Below, one piece after another: positions 48,432-60,680 of a DNA stretch of 64,000 bases. The position numbers and the translations under genes are program-made. This stretch comes from Lama guanicoe (taxonomy: Eukaryota), in NCBI GenBank assembly GCA_013239625.1, contig MU053504.1:870001-934000 (forward strand). The letters are read 5' to 3'. Every line of letters begins with the position of its first letter. Within the stretch, counting starts at the first letter, position 1. The notes beneath the pieces were generated by a model. The model did no database searches. It was not told the DNA's origin and saw only the letters and a list, made by a program, of their open reading frames with translations.

Positions 48432-50130
48432 CTCCATCCCCCTCCATTCCCGCTATTCCAGAGAGACCCACATAACTGAGCCTCTTCCATTTACCAGACA
48501 TGACACAAAGAACATTCGAATAAGTACTTGATCAGCATGTGAGAGCCTTGAAGGGTGGAGTAGGACAGGCTGAATTTGGTCCTCAGTTTCCCCTTCTTAA
48601 ACTACACTGCAAAGCTGGGAAGTCCCCAAGGAAACTCAAGTCCACACACTGATCATCACTGCCTAAGGATAAAGTCCCAGTTCCTTAGTGAGGCATCCAA
48701 GGGCCTGGCCTGCCACCTCACCTCACCTCCTGCCCACCTAGGACCTGCTATCCCCTTAAAAGACAGTGTCTTCTCACCTGTCAGTCTTTGCCTTTACTCT
48801 GCTCCTTGCCTGGAATGCACCTCTATCCCTTTAATGCCATTTAGACTCCTATTCACCATTTTCATCTTTAATGCCACCTCCTCCCAGAAGTCTTCCCTGA
48901 TCACTGCAGGCAATGAGGCACCTGCCTTCACTTATCTGTCCCTTTGGGCTTCTTTCACCTCAATTACTGTGGAATCACTACTTACGCACGTTTACTATGC
49001 TTTTAAGACAAAAGAAGAGGAAAGAAAGATGAATGATTAAATAAGGCATCAGTGGCCCAGGGGGCACATACGTACCCCGAGTGACTGGAAAATACAGGTG
49101 GGAATCTGCTCTCTGGGGCTCAGTCCCCCTGGTCTCTCATCTTACAACTCCCTGAGGATAAGTGTAGAATTTAAAGATAAATACATTTTGTTTCTTGTTA
49201 AACTAGGAGTATAGTGGTCAAGGATGAGGAATAGAATGACCAGACTTGCCTAAATTCAGATTCCAGCTCTACCACTTATTAGCTGTGCAACCTTGAGCAA
49301 ATGGCTGACCTCTCTGTGCCTCAGGCTCCTTGTCTATAAAGTGGGTGTAAGAAGAACGCCAACTCCATAAGGTTGTTAAGAGAATATGTTTACAACATGT
49401 GACTGCTCACAGCATTACCACCTCATATTACACCAGACCCATTAGCTTTGGGAAGGAAGAGCCACCTGCTCCAAGGATGCAGAAAAAAATCGACTGTGCC
49501 GGACTCACTGGGGATGACATGTTGGTCTCCAATCTGGTGTCTCATAAGCATGTGTCAAGTGTAATATTCATTGTACTTGAACTTTGCTTTCCAAGCTGAC
49601 TCCACTGGATAGCACCCTTAGGGGAGTATAACCAGCAGGCAGTCCTGGGTTAAAATCCCCATGCTGCCGTTTCGAGGGATGTGACTTTGAGCAAGTCAGT
49701 TCAGCCTTGTTCATTCCACCTGTCAAATGGAGACGCAGCTGCCCACCTCGCAGGGCTGTGTGGAGTCAATACCTGGGCTAAGACACTGGATACCTGGCTG
49801 CTTCATTGTTTGACTACCATACAGCTGTTGTCTCACAGTGTTGCATTTTCAGTTTACGTGTGGTTACCCCCGACAACTGACCCCTTGAGAACAGATGTTA
49901 GTTCCAATTAGCCCAGATTTCCAAGGTTAAGTCTACTGAGAATCAAGGAGGCATCCACATATGTGGAAGGAAAGAGAGAAGGAAGGCAGGAAAGAAGGAA
50001 AGAAGGCCCTATCTCTTTCTCCTTCCGCCCAAGGCTTGTCTAACAAGATTCTGATCAGAGGAATGGAGCAACAGCTCACGTTCACTCTCATATCTCTTTC
50101 TGGAATCACAACTTAGGTTCGTAGCTGTCT

Positions 50131-50335
50131 AATTTATTATTATATGGTGCAGTGCAGGGTAATTATATGCTGTGGCATAATTTGTTATAACTTGGGCTCA
50201 GGCCTATAACTGTATAATTTATTATTATACAGTATCGTGCTGAATAATACGAAGAGTATATAATTTATTTCAGGCTTACGAGCCTAACCTGTAATCCAAA
50301 TGCAGTACGCAGCCTATGCGGATGAGCTCATGTTT
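50131..50335. mobile_element. Ancient AT-rich palindromic element (MER135-like)
   Basis: Perfect stem ACTGTATAAT-ttatt-ATTATACAGT (50209-50233) inside imperfect outer inverted arms (ttataacttgggctcaggcct / aggcttacgagcctaacctgtaat). Family name is from recall only. Confidence 0.5.
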
Positions 50336-50439
50336 CTACGGAAACCTGAATGTAGAGATTTTCTTCATTTCCAACTGCTTTCCGTGGCTTCTCAGAACTA
50401 CTCCTGGCCACTAGTTGGCAAGTTCTTTGGGTTTTTTTG

Positions 50440-50552
50440 GTTGTTGTTTTCTTTTTTTAATTATTATTATTTTTATTGAAATACTGTCAGTTATGTGTCA
50501 GTTTCTGGTGTACAGCAAAATGTCTCAGTCATGCATATACATACATATATAT
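50440..50552 (-). mobile_element. Very short L1 3'-end fragment (camelid/artiodactyl type)
   Basis: T-rich tail followed by tgtgtcagtttctggtgtacagcaaaatgtctcagtcatgcatatac, the reverse of the motif at 47440-47480. Confidence 0.7.
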
Positions 50553-50904
50553 GGGGACTCTCTTTTGAGCAAGGCTGAAATCTCAGGCAGACTGGGGCCA
50601 GACTGAGTGGGGCTTACACATTGGGTCATAGAAAAAGGTGGCTGTCACCCAGAGCTGTCACCTTGCCCAGTGAACAGTGGGAGGCCATAGCTTGCCTGGG
50701 AGGGTGTGGGCCACAGGTGCAGAACCATGGTCAAATCCAGTTTCTTGGGTTAGGAACAGCAGGATCCCCAGCTTGCGATTTCTCCATGCATATATTTGAT
50801 AACTATTCTTTGTTCTGTTCACAATGATGAGAATCCATCACTGATCGAGAAAAGGCGTCTCCCTGTTGGAGATTGCATCCTGGGAGTTGAGAGCTTACAC
50901 CTCA

Positions 50905-51045
50905 AAGTTCCTCAGAGTGTGGTCCCTGGACGTGCATCATCTGGGACCTGAATGGAAAACCGAATCTCAGCCACCTTGACCTGCTGGATCAGAGTCTGCA
51001 TGGTAACAAGAACCCCTGGTGATTCATAGGCACTCAGGAAGCCCT
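50905..51045. mobile_element. MER5B-like MITE fragment
   Basis: gttcctcagagtgtggtccctggac...catctggga...ggatcagagtctgcat..taacaagaacccctggtgattc. Confidence 0.6.
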
Positions 51046-53039
51046 GTTTGAGTTTCTACATGATTTAGGGAAACTATTTCCTTTTGTACATCACCCTACC
51101 TTGCAAATATATACCTGCTCACTGAGCTTTAAAACAGAGTTCCTTCTCCCTGGGGACTTTTTTCTTTTTTTTAAGGATGGCTTCTTTTTTTTTTTCCTCC
51201 TGGTCACAAGTGTTTACTGTGTAACTTTTGGAAATGCCAAGAAAAAAAAAATCTCACAAAGAAGAAAATCAAAATCACACAGCATCCCACCATCCAGAGA
51301 TGACGCTGTTGATATTTGAGTGACTAACTCATCAGACATTTTTTTATATATCCATATACATTTTTAAAATCAAAACTGCAGGCAAAGTGGAACTGGGTAG
51401 AAGGTGGAAGGCTTGCTCACACACAGCTCCCACCCCTGCAGCGCTGCTCAGAAGGCCTGGAAATTAGCACATCTAACAAGGTCCAGGTGATGCGGATTTC
51501 CTGGCCCAGGGACCACATATCGGGAACTGCTGGCCTGACAGCTCAGGTCGTGGACCCTGGGATTTGGCTGGAATCCTTTACCTTCCACCTGCCTACGGGG
51601 CAGTCAGTCACCTCGCCCTGCTCCAGCTTCTATCATCCAAGGACAGCACCTGCCTCAGAAGATTATTGTAAGAATTAAATGGGTTAATTAAATAAGTAAA
51701 GCACCTGGGAAGAATTAGTTCTGATTAATATGCATATAATTTTCTAATTGCGTTTTCGCAACTCAGCAATTGTTCATAAACACATTCTAAGTCATTCTTC
51801 TGTGTGTTTGTTTCTAAAGGCTGTGGGCTTGGCTTTTGAATGGATGCGTTTATCACAGCCCAGTGTTCAACTAATATAATATAAACAGCGCTGCGATGAG
51901 CATTCTCCTGGATAAATCATGGTGCACCTGTCCGATTATCTCCTCGGGATAGAACGCTCTAGTTGTGAAATTGCTGAGTCAAATGGGATGAACACATTTA
52001 AGGCTTTTGACAAGCTTTGCTAAATGGCCTTCCAGAAAAATAGCTCTGATTTATAATGCCATGAGCAGCATATGAGAGCATCTTTTCCTTGTACTTTCAA
52101 CGATATCTGTGTTGTTTTTTAAATGATGCTAATATTTTGTTTGTTAATTTGAGTTTTTGCAATGACTGTTCAAGTTGAATAGACCCCCCTCCGATAGCCT
52201 AGGACTTAAAAGAATTTTTTTTTAAATCCCTCAAAGATTGTGTTTACATGATGTCAACCAGCCCCTTTCCCCTCTAATGAGCCAACCCCATCTTGGCATC
52301 ACTCCGCGCTCCTCACGCTGGGGGAGCAGGCTTCATCTCACAGTTAACAGCTGCCGACTGAAATCTCACCTGAGCTGCTGGTAACATACCTCCCACTTAA
52401 TAGACAGATGTGGACTGGAGAAGGCATGGAACAGTAAGAGGGCAAACAGAAGGAGAGAAGACATTTGTTCCACCAAAACTCCCTTATCATCTCCCACAGG
52501 TCAAGCCCTTTGCTAAACAGGAAGGGGTGGAGATGAAAAAAAAAGAGGGATCTCAAAGCAGAGGGAGAGGGGAAGGAGCATACAGGAAACACACACAAAA
52601 TGCGGCAAAATATAACAGTGTCGATGGGGACAAGTGGGTAGGAATTTCAGGTAAGAGAAGACACTGGCTTTGAAGTCAGAGGGGACCTGGATTCAAATGC
52701 TGTTTCTTCCAGCTCCTAGCTTTGGGCAGGTTGCCTAACTTCTCTGAGTCTTTATTTTGGCACCTGTAAAAGGTGAAGACTATTTTGAGGCTTAAACAAG
52801 TTAAAATAACAGGTGAAAAAATATCTAGAAAAAGGTGGGTTAAGAGTCTCAAAATGGTCACCCAAAGGCCAAATATAGCCTGTGGAAGATCTTGTTTGCG
52901 CCATCCAGTGTTTTAAAACAATTTAAAGAGGAATTAGGATGGTTTAGGTCAGTAGTTTTCCATCCTCGTTGCCCAACAGAAACATCTTGTGATATATTGG
53001 TTCCCTGGGAAGAAATCTAGGCTCATTCATTGAACTTTG

Positions 53040-53439
53040 AGTTTATCTCCTTCCCTGAAACAAAAAAGTGGGCAAAATATATGAAACAACAGTTTTTAAG
53101 ACATTGGACATCTGACAGCAAAGGCAGTGATCCCTGAGAGACAGAAAACAAAAGAGGGGGGCCCTACGACTGCCCCCAGCTTACTATCTGGAGAGAACTT
53201 TCAGACCACGGTGCAGGAGCGGGGATCCTGGTGGAGCCCCGTGGTCTCTTTAAGTGAGAAGCTGCAGCCGAGAGGCCAAGGTGGCTGCCATTCACAGGGT
53301 GGAGTATCATTGAGGAGAGAGCTGTACAGAAGGAGAATGTGTAAGAGGGAAGGACTGAGAGAGAGAGAGAGAAGGAGCCAGTTCTGGAGATCTGCAGAGA
53401 AGCCCTCGAATCTCCATCTGAGGATTGATGAGTATGTCT
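53040..53439 (+). mobile_element. Old L1M 5'-region fragment, split by the ERV-L and resuming at 59973-60210
   Basis: gcaaaatatatgaaacaacagtttttaagacattggacatc...cagtgatccctgagagac...ctgcagag continues after the right LTR as ggaaactacctga..gaaaagaaccac..gggaacaat. Confidence 0.6.
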
Positions 53440-53485
53440 GTATTAGCCAGGGTCTTCCAGAAACAGAACCAATAGGATATGTTTA

Positions 53486-53597
53486 CAGCTGACCTTTGGA
53501 CAACACGGGTTGGAGCTGCGCGGGTCCACTTTACACAAATTTTCAACTGTGTGGAGGGTTGGCATCCCGAACTACCCTGTTGTTCAAGAATCAACTG
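53486..53597. mobile_element. Tigger2-like MITE (112 bp) nested in the MLT2 LTR
   Basis: TIRs cagctgacctttggacaacacggg ... ccctgttgttcaagaatcaactg, preceded by TA. Confidence 0.8.
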
Positions 53598-54496
53598 CAT
53601 TTACGTAAGATGAGAGGAGATTTGTATAGGAATTGGCTCATGTGGTTATGCAGGCCAAGAAGTCCCACAATCTGCCGTCTGCCAGCTGGAGACCCAGGAG
53701 AGCTAGTGAAGTCATTCAGAGTCTAAAGGCCTGAGAGGCAGGGATGCTGACAAGAGCAAGTCCCAACCCAAGTCTGAAAGCCAGGAAGAAACCAGGAAGA
53801 AAGCCAGGAGCGCTGATGTCTGATGTCCAAGGGCAGAAGAAGATGGATGTCTCAGCTCAAATTCACCTTTCTTTCACCCCTTTGTCCCTCAGGGGATTGA
53901 ATGAGGCCTGCCCGCACGTCAGGGCCATCTTCTTAACTCAGTTCACGCATTCAAATACTAGCCTCTTCCAGAAACATCCTCACAGACACACCGAGAAATA
54001 ATGTTTCAACAGGTCTCTGGGCATCCCTCAGCCCAGTCATGCTGACACAAAAACTTCACATCACGACGTGCATGTGTGGAAACTACCTGAGGTTGTCCCT
54101 GTCATAAGTCTATCACCTATCAATTTGACACACATACAGTTAATCTCCAAGTAAAGACAATAAAAGGTCATGATTCTGTCTAACGTGATAAAATCACCCT
54201 GCATAACAACCCAAAATGCATTACTGTCTTCCCCAGAAGAGGCGACAAATTTCTTGGGTGATGTTTACTCTTCTCCTGATATCCCATAAGTTTAAGTCAG
54301 TACTATGTAAGGTCAATACGTCTTATGTTACATGATAATGTAACAAGAATAGAAAAAAACAAAGACCTTTGCTTAATCTGTATATATGTACACATACACA
54401 CTCATCATGAGATAAGGAGGAAATACTCGTGACAATGACAGTCCTCATTCCTATAACTGGATCTGCTGGATCATGTGGCCTGAGTGGCAGAGAACT

Positions 54497-54988
54497 TGTG
54501 AGGTGGGAAGCTCCATGAAAAAGACCAGCAGGACCCCCAGGCAGGGCCACTACTCTCCTGCCAACACCATCCGGTTCCCTGGCCCGGTGGCATTATCTCA
54601 CTTTTTGCCTCTGAAATGGCTTACTTCTAGGAAAGTGGAACTTACCCCTAAGATTCTATTGGTTCACTGAGCTAACTCCTGATTGGTCCATTTCTATCAT
54701 TCCTGACTGATCCATTTCTATCACTCTTGATTGGTCCATTTCTACAAAGCTCATTCCTAATTAGTCAACTTTTGTTACACCATATTTGCATATGACGTTG
54801 CAAAGTGTAGACTGGCAGCCTATAAAAGCCTGTGTAAACCTACAGACGGGGTCCAGAGCTTGGAGTGTTAACTCCTCTGGGCCCGCTGGCATAATAAACC
54901 TGAGTTCTCTAACTCTCCGAGTGCTGCTTAGTGTCTCGCCCAGATTCAGGTTGCTGTCACAATTGAGCTATACCACTGAGTTGTAACA
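54497..54988 (+). mobile_element. Younger solo LTR (ERV1-like) nested in the ERV-L internal region
   Basis: TG...CA ends (tgtgagg ... tgtaaca) with a possible 4-bp TSD aact/cact. Contains tandem ATTGG repeats, ATTTGCAT (54784), TATAAAAG (54821) and AATAAA (54893). The 5' boundary is uncertain by ~25 bp. Confidence 0.78.
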
Positions 54989-55082
54989 CACTTTGCTGCA
55001 ACACTTGCACAGCAGCCAGAACTTGCAGCAGGAAGTTCTCTTGTTCTGGGCCTCATTCAAAACGAGCAGCTTTTCAGGTCAC

Positions 55083-55960
55083 TCAGTAAATGAGCTGGAG
55101 TAACATCCCCAAAAGAGAAATATGTTGCCTCCAAAATCCAAAGAGGCGCAGTAGACACTGTGCCTCTTTCACGGTTATAGGAGGGGCCAGATGCAACAAT
55201 TTATTCTTCACCTTAGAAGGGGTGCCTTGATATGCCCCAGTCCACTGGACTCCTAGAAATTTCACCAAGGTCAAAGACCCTAAATTTTTATCTAATTGAC
55301 TTCCCACCTTCTAACACACCAGTGTCTCACCAGTAAGTCCAGAGTAGTCACTACTTCCTGCTCACTAAGACCTGTCGGCATCTCATCAATGTAATGGACC
55401 AGTGTGATATCTTGTGGAAAGGAAAGGCTGTTCAGAGCCCTGCAAACTAAATGATGACATCGGGCTGGAGAGTGGCTATACCCCTGAGGCAGGAGAGTGA
55501 AAGTGTATTGCTAGCATTGCCAGCTGAAAGCTGACTGCTTCTGTTGGGCCTTCTAGGAATGTGCGAATAAAAAGGCCTTTGCCAAATCAATAGCTGAGTA
55601 CCAGGTACCAAGGGATGTGTTAATTTGCTCCAGGAACGAAACCACATCTGGTACAGCAGCTGCAACTGGAGTTACCACTTGGTTAAGCTTATGATAATCC
55701 ACTGTCATTCTCCAAGATCCATCTGTCTTCTGCACAGGCCAAATAGGAGAGTTAAAGGAGGATGTGGTGGGAATCACCACCCCTGTATCTTTCAAGTCCT
55801 TGATGGTGGCACTAATGTCTGCAGTCCCTCCAGGGAGGTGGTATTGCTTTTGATTTACTATTTTCCTAAGTAGAAGCAATTCTGATGGCTTCCTCTTGGC
55901 CGTTCCCACTATAATAGCCCTCACTCCACAGGTCAGGGAACCAATGTGGGGATTCTGCAA
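55083..55960 (-). pseudogene. ERV-L pol (reverse transcriptase) remnant
   Basis: RT motifs are spread over several frames, and catalytic YIDD reads YIDE (~55383-55394). Confidence 0.9.
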
Positions 55961-58074
55961 GCTGTTAAGTATGCCAGTTCTGATTTTGCATTCTAGCTCT
56001 GGGGAAACAACCAGTGGGATGGGTTTGGGGACCTACTGAGAGACAGATCTCATCTGAAACTCCATCGATCACCTGACCTCCATAAGCCCCTACTCTGACT
56101 GTGGGTCAGAGGGATATTTGGGGTCTCCTGGAATGATTGTCAGTTCAGAGCCAGTGTCCAGTAGTCCTTGAAAGTTCTGATTATTTCTTTTTCCCTAATG
56201 AACAGTTGCCCTGGGAAAAGGCTGTAGGTCCCTTTGGGGAAGGCAGGGAGAAAAGATCAACAGTACACATTTTCCAGAGTGTATATCAAGATCCTTCTTC
56301 AAGCGGACCAGGCCTCCCCTTCATTTAAGGGGTTCTGGGTCTGTAAGTTGACTCAAGTCTGGGAATTAACTGAGGGGCCTGGGCTCCATTTTTATGATTC
56401 AAGTTTGCTTTCTGTTCACTTGACCTCAACTCTTTGGTGAGGTTCAGGTAAGAGTTCAGCAGGTTCGTTGTCTGTTTCACTTCTAGGAATACCATCATTA
56501 ACTAGCGTGGTATTGACCAGGTCTACATGAGTCACACTATTCTGGATGCTTTGGTGCTGTTCCACCATGGTAACCACACCTACCTTGCCTTTGGTGGTTG
56601 AGTGTCACCATTTGTCCCCTGCCACCCCAGGACCCAACTTCTTCCATTGCATTTAGCTTTTCCAACTGAGTGGCTTCAGTTCCCACCAAAAGGTCTGGCC
56701 TCAGGAGAAGATGATCGTGGAGCTCTTCAAGGATGCTGGGACTCCTCTGACAAATTCATTTCTCAAAGTATTGGTAAGAAGTATGTCTTCTGGGCCCTCT
56801 CATGTGAGTGAGTGGGTATTAAATGACAAATCCACTGTAATATCTCACCCTCCCTAAGCCTCTGAGCCCCTTCTTCTACATTAAAACAAGGGAGGTTGGG
56901 CATTTCCAGTTCACCTACCACTTTTTGGTCCACGTTTCAGCTGACCAATCAAACAAACTGTTAGAGTTCTTTCTACCTCCCCAAGCGGCACCATTAAATG
57001 CAGAATCTCTGTTTAGTGAGCCCACGTCAGTAAATTCAGCCGGATTCAATTTTATGTTTCTTCCACCATTATCCCACTCCCTTAAGTATCTATTCCGACA
57101 CATGTTCCCTGGATTTCTGTCTGTATAAACTAGAAAACTCACCTAGATCTTTTGGAGTGTGGCTCACCTACCTCCTCGTGGATCCCGCTTTGTACCTCAC
57201 CTTCTGGGGCTGATGGAACTTGAGTCTAGTTAACCATCTAGAAGGAGAGAGGGGTGGTGGGGTGGGGTCCCGAGAAGAATCAGCATTGTCTTGCATGAAA
57301 TCTGCCTCAGGGGAGGCCATTACAGTTTCCCCAGGCAGAATGGGGTTAATCCCCTCAGCCCAGGTGGAAAGGACTATACCAAGGGGGTGGGGAGCCACTT
57401 CCACTGGAGGTGGGAAGATCTCTTCCACTGGAGATTGGGAGATATCTTCCACTGGCAAAGAAGATCATCAGAATTTAGGGGTTTAATGTCCCCACCTTCA
57501 TCAGGGTCTTCCTACACGTCCACATCCCAATTCACAGAATCTTGTTCTTTCCCAGTCAATGTCTTCACTTTAACAGCAGTTACCTGGTGAGGCTCAGTTC
57601 AACTTGCATTGTATTGTAATTCATCCAACCGTAGGATGATGTTCTGCATTTGATCTGTAGCAATTTCAGCCCCTTCGGGGCACACCTAGATGCTCTTCAA
57701 TCATTTAGGCCATGCTTGAGATGGGAATTTGAATCCCTGAGCTCACCCTTTCCCTCCACCACTTTGACCAGCAGCAGTAGAAGCAACCAACCAACATTTT
57801 TATAGTCTTAGTTTTCCCAAAATGTTTGAAAGTATCATATTCGGAGTCATCCAGCTTTTTGTTCCTTATAAGTGGTCTATTAGGAGTCTCCAACGTAGAT
57901 GTTTTGCATAAGAAGTTCACACCACAGGCTGTCAGTGCTCTCTTTACTATGAGGTATTCATTAGTATATATAAATCTAATCGCATTAGAGACCCAATTCC
58001 AGAAACCTCAGAACCAATTCGAAAAACTGGTTCTTAAAATTCTGTTCTTGTAGAATGACTCTTGGTACCGAAAT

Positions 58075-59493
58075 CTTTTTTTTTTTTAACATTTTTTATT
58101 GATTTATAATCATTTTACAATGTTGTGTCAAATTCCAGTGTTCAGCAATTTTTCAGTCATTCTCATCANNNNNNNNNNNNNNNNNNNNNNNNNNNNNNNN
58201 NNNNNNNNNNNNNNNNNNNNNNNNNNNNNNNNNNNNNNNNNNNNNNNNNNNNNNNNNNNNNNNNNNNNNNNNNNNNNNNNNNNNNNNNNNNNNNNNNNNN
58301 NNNNNNNNNNNNNNNNNNNNNNNNNNNNNNNNNNNNNNNNNNNNNNNNNNNNNNNNNNNNNNNNNNNNNNNNNNNNNNNNNNNNNNNNNNNNNNNNNNNN
58401 NNNNNNNNNNNNNNNNNNNNNNNNNNNNNNNNNNNNNNNNNNNNNNNNNNNNNNNNNNNNNNNNNNNNNNNNNNNNNNNNNNNNNNNNNNNNNNNNNNNN
58501 NNNNNNNNNNNNNNNNNNNNNNNNNNNNNNNNNNNNNNNNNNNNNNNNNNNNNNNNNNNNNNNNNNNNNNNNNNNNNNNNNNNNNNNNNNNNNNNNNNNN
58601 NNNNNNNNNNNNNNNNNNNNNNNNNNNNNNNNNNNNNNNNNNNNNNNNNNNNNNNNNNNNNNNNNNNNNNNNNNNNNNNNNNNNNNNNNNNNNNNNNNNN
58701 NNNNNNNNNNNNNNNNNNNNNNNNNNNNNNNNNNNNNNNNNNNNNNNNNNNNNNNNNNNNNNNNNNNNNNNNNNNNNNNNNNNNNNNNNNNNNNNNNNNN
58801 NNNNNNNNNNNNNNNNNNNNNNNNNNNNNNNNNNNNNNNNNNNNNNNNNNNNNNNNNNNNNNNNNNNNNNNNNNNNNNNNNNNNNNNNNNNNNNNNNNNN
58901 NNNNNNNNNNNNNNNNNNNNNNNNNNNNNNNNNNNNNNNNNNNNNNNNNNNNNNNNNNNNNNNNNNNNNNNNNNNNNNNNNNNNNNNNNNNNNNNNNNNN
59001 NNNNNNNNNNNNNNNNNNNNNNNNNNNNNNNNNNNNNNNNNNNNNNNNNNNNNNNNNNNNNNNNNNNNNNNNNNNNNNNNNNNNNNNNNNNNNNNNNNNN
59101 NNNNNNNNNNNNNNNNNNNNNNNNNNNNNNNNNNNNNNNNNNNNNNNNNNNNNNNNNNNNNNNNNNNNTGGTTTCCTTTGCTGTGCAGAAGCTTGTAAGT
59201 TTCATTAGGTCCCATTTGTTTATTCTTGCTTTTATTTCTTCTAGGAGAAAATTTTTGAAATGTATGTCAGATAATGTTTTGCCTATGTTTTCCTCTAGGA
59301 GGTTTATTGTATCTTGTCTTATGTTTAAGTCTTTAATCCATTTTGAGTTGATTTTTGTATATGGTGTAAGGGTGTGTTCTAGCTTCATTGTTTTACATGC
59401 TGCTGTCCAGTTTTCCCAACACCATTTGCTGAAGAGACTGTCTTTATTCCATTGTATATTCTTGCCTCCTTTGTCGAAGATTAGTTGACCAAA
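58075..59493 (-). mobile_element. Young 5'-truncated LINE-1 with 13-bp TSD, spanning the assembly gap
   Basis: Poly-T at 58076-58087 and open ORF2 sequence [39 protein letters not shown]...[21 protein letters not shown] ttggtaccgaaat at 58062-58074 and 59494-59506. Confidence 0.93.
58169..59168. other. Assembly gap (1000 N)
   Basis: Run of N seen directly, with L1 sequence on both sides. Confidence 0.99.
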
Positions 59494-60224
59494 TTGGTAC
59501 CGAAATATTCATTAGTCTGGGTTCTTCAGAAAAATAGAACCAATAGACTATGTCATGTATGTAAGTATGAGCTCTATTATAGGGATTGGCTCATCAAATT
59601 ACAGAGGCCAAGAAGTCCCACACGCTTGTCAGAAAAGCTAGAGAACTAGGGAAGCTGGTGAAATAATTCAGTCTGAGTCCAAAGGCCCGAGAACCAGGAG
59701 CACCAGTTTCTAAGTGCAGGACGAGATGCTCAAGCAAAGAGCAAATCCATGCTTCCTCTGCCTTTCGTTCTGTTCAACCCCTCAAGGAATTGGATGCTGT
59801 CCACCCAATTATCACATGGGTGAGGGTGATCTTTACTCAGTCTACCTACTGGTTCCAATGCTAAACTTCTTCTGAAAACACTCTCACAGACACACACACA
59901 GAAATAAGTTTTTTTCCAGTTTTCTGGACATCCCTGAGCCAGTCAAGTAGACACATAAAATTAAACATCACAACATGCGTGTCTGGAAACTACCTGAAGC
60001 CAGAAAAGAACCACTTGAAAGATTAAAGGGAACAATCTCAGGAGCCTACACAGAGCTGAGACTAATTCCTGTTCCCAGGAGACAGGGTGAAAAATCTCGT
60101 AATTCACAGAACAATAGGCAGAGTACTTTACAAGGTTTATGTCTCAATAGTGGGACAGAATTAGCTCTAAACTAAACACTGCTCTGGCCGCATCTTACAA
60201 AGCTTAAAGACAAAGCTTAAACTG

Positions 60225-60680
60225 TTACTATAAACTATGGACTTTTGGGTGATAAGATGTGTCAGTGTAGGTTCATCAATTGTAACAAATACATCATATC
60301 ACTCCGGTGAGAGGTGTTAATCATGACAGAAGCTATATGTGTGCAACAGCAGAGGGTATATGGGAAATCTCTCTACCTTCCTGTGAACCTAGAACTACTC
60401 TAAAAAATTAAGATTTTTAAATCTGAAAAAAAGTTATAGCTAATAGCCCAATAAAATAGATAAAATGGAATCGTAAGAAATATTCAACCCAAAAGAAAAC
60501 AGGGAAAAAATAACAACAAAGGAGAAAGGAAACAACAAATTGGACAAATAGAAAACAAATAGCAAGATGGTGGATTTAAACCCAATCATATTAATTATCA
60601 CATTAAATGTAAATGGTCTAAATGCCCCAATTAAAGGGGCGGAAATTGTCAGATTAAAAATCAAGACCCCGTAATATGCT
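60225..60680 (+). mobile_element. Old L1M fragments (3'-end piece and ORF1/ORF2 junction piece)
   Basis: taaactatggactttt.ggtgataagatgtgtcagtgtaggttcatcaattgtaacaaat...gggtatatgggaaatctct, then attatcacattaaatgtaaatggtctaaatgccccaattaaa (ITLNVNGLNAPIK, the ORF2 endonuclease start). Confidence 0.8.

Larger units (their letters stand above)
53440..59972 (-). mobile_element. Decayed ERV-L provirus with MLT2-type LTRs (53440-54065 and ~59508-59972)
   Basis: Both LTRs run tgtattag...cagaaccaatag ... cagtca..tgacaca.aaa.tt.acatcac (reverse MLT2). Minus-strand internal remnants: gag (WDNGGRNIKL, 56915-57142), protease GLLDTGSELTII (~56131-56167), RT ([59 protein letters not shown]; 55083-55960). 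Frameshifts and stops are present, and the 3' part of pol is deleted. Confidence 0.92.

Noticed and set aside
56600..57750. ERV-L gag as a possible domesticated Fv1-like restriction gene
   Set aside because: Broken by multiple stops and frameshifts, with no long open frame.
58099..59388. 350-410 aa ORFs in the track
   Set aside because: Artefacts of translating through the 1000-N gap. The real part is L1 ORF2.
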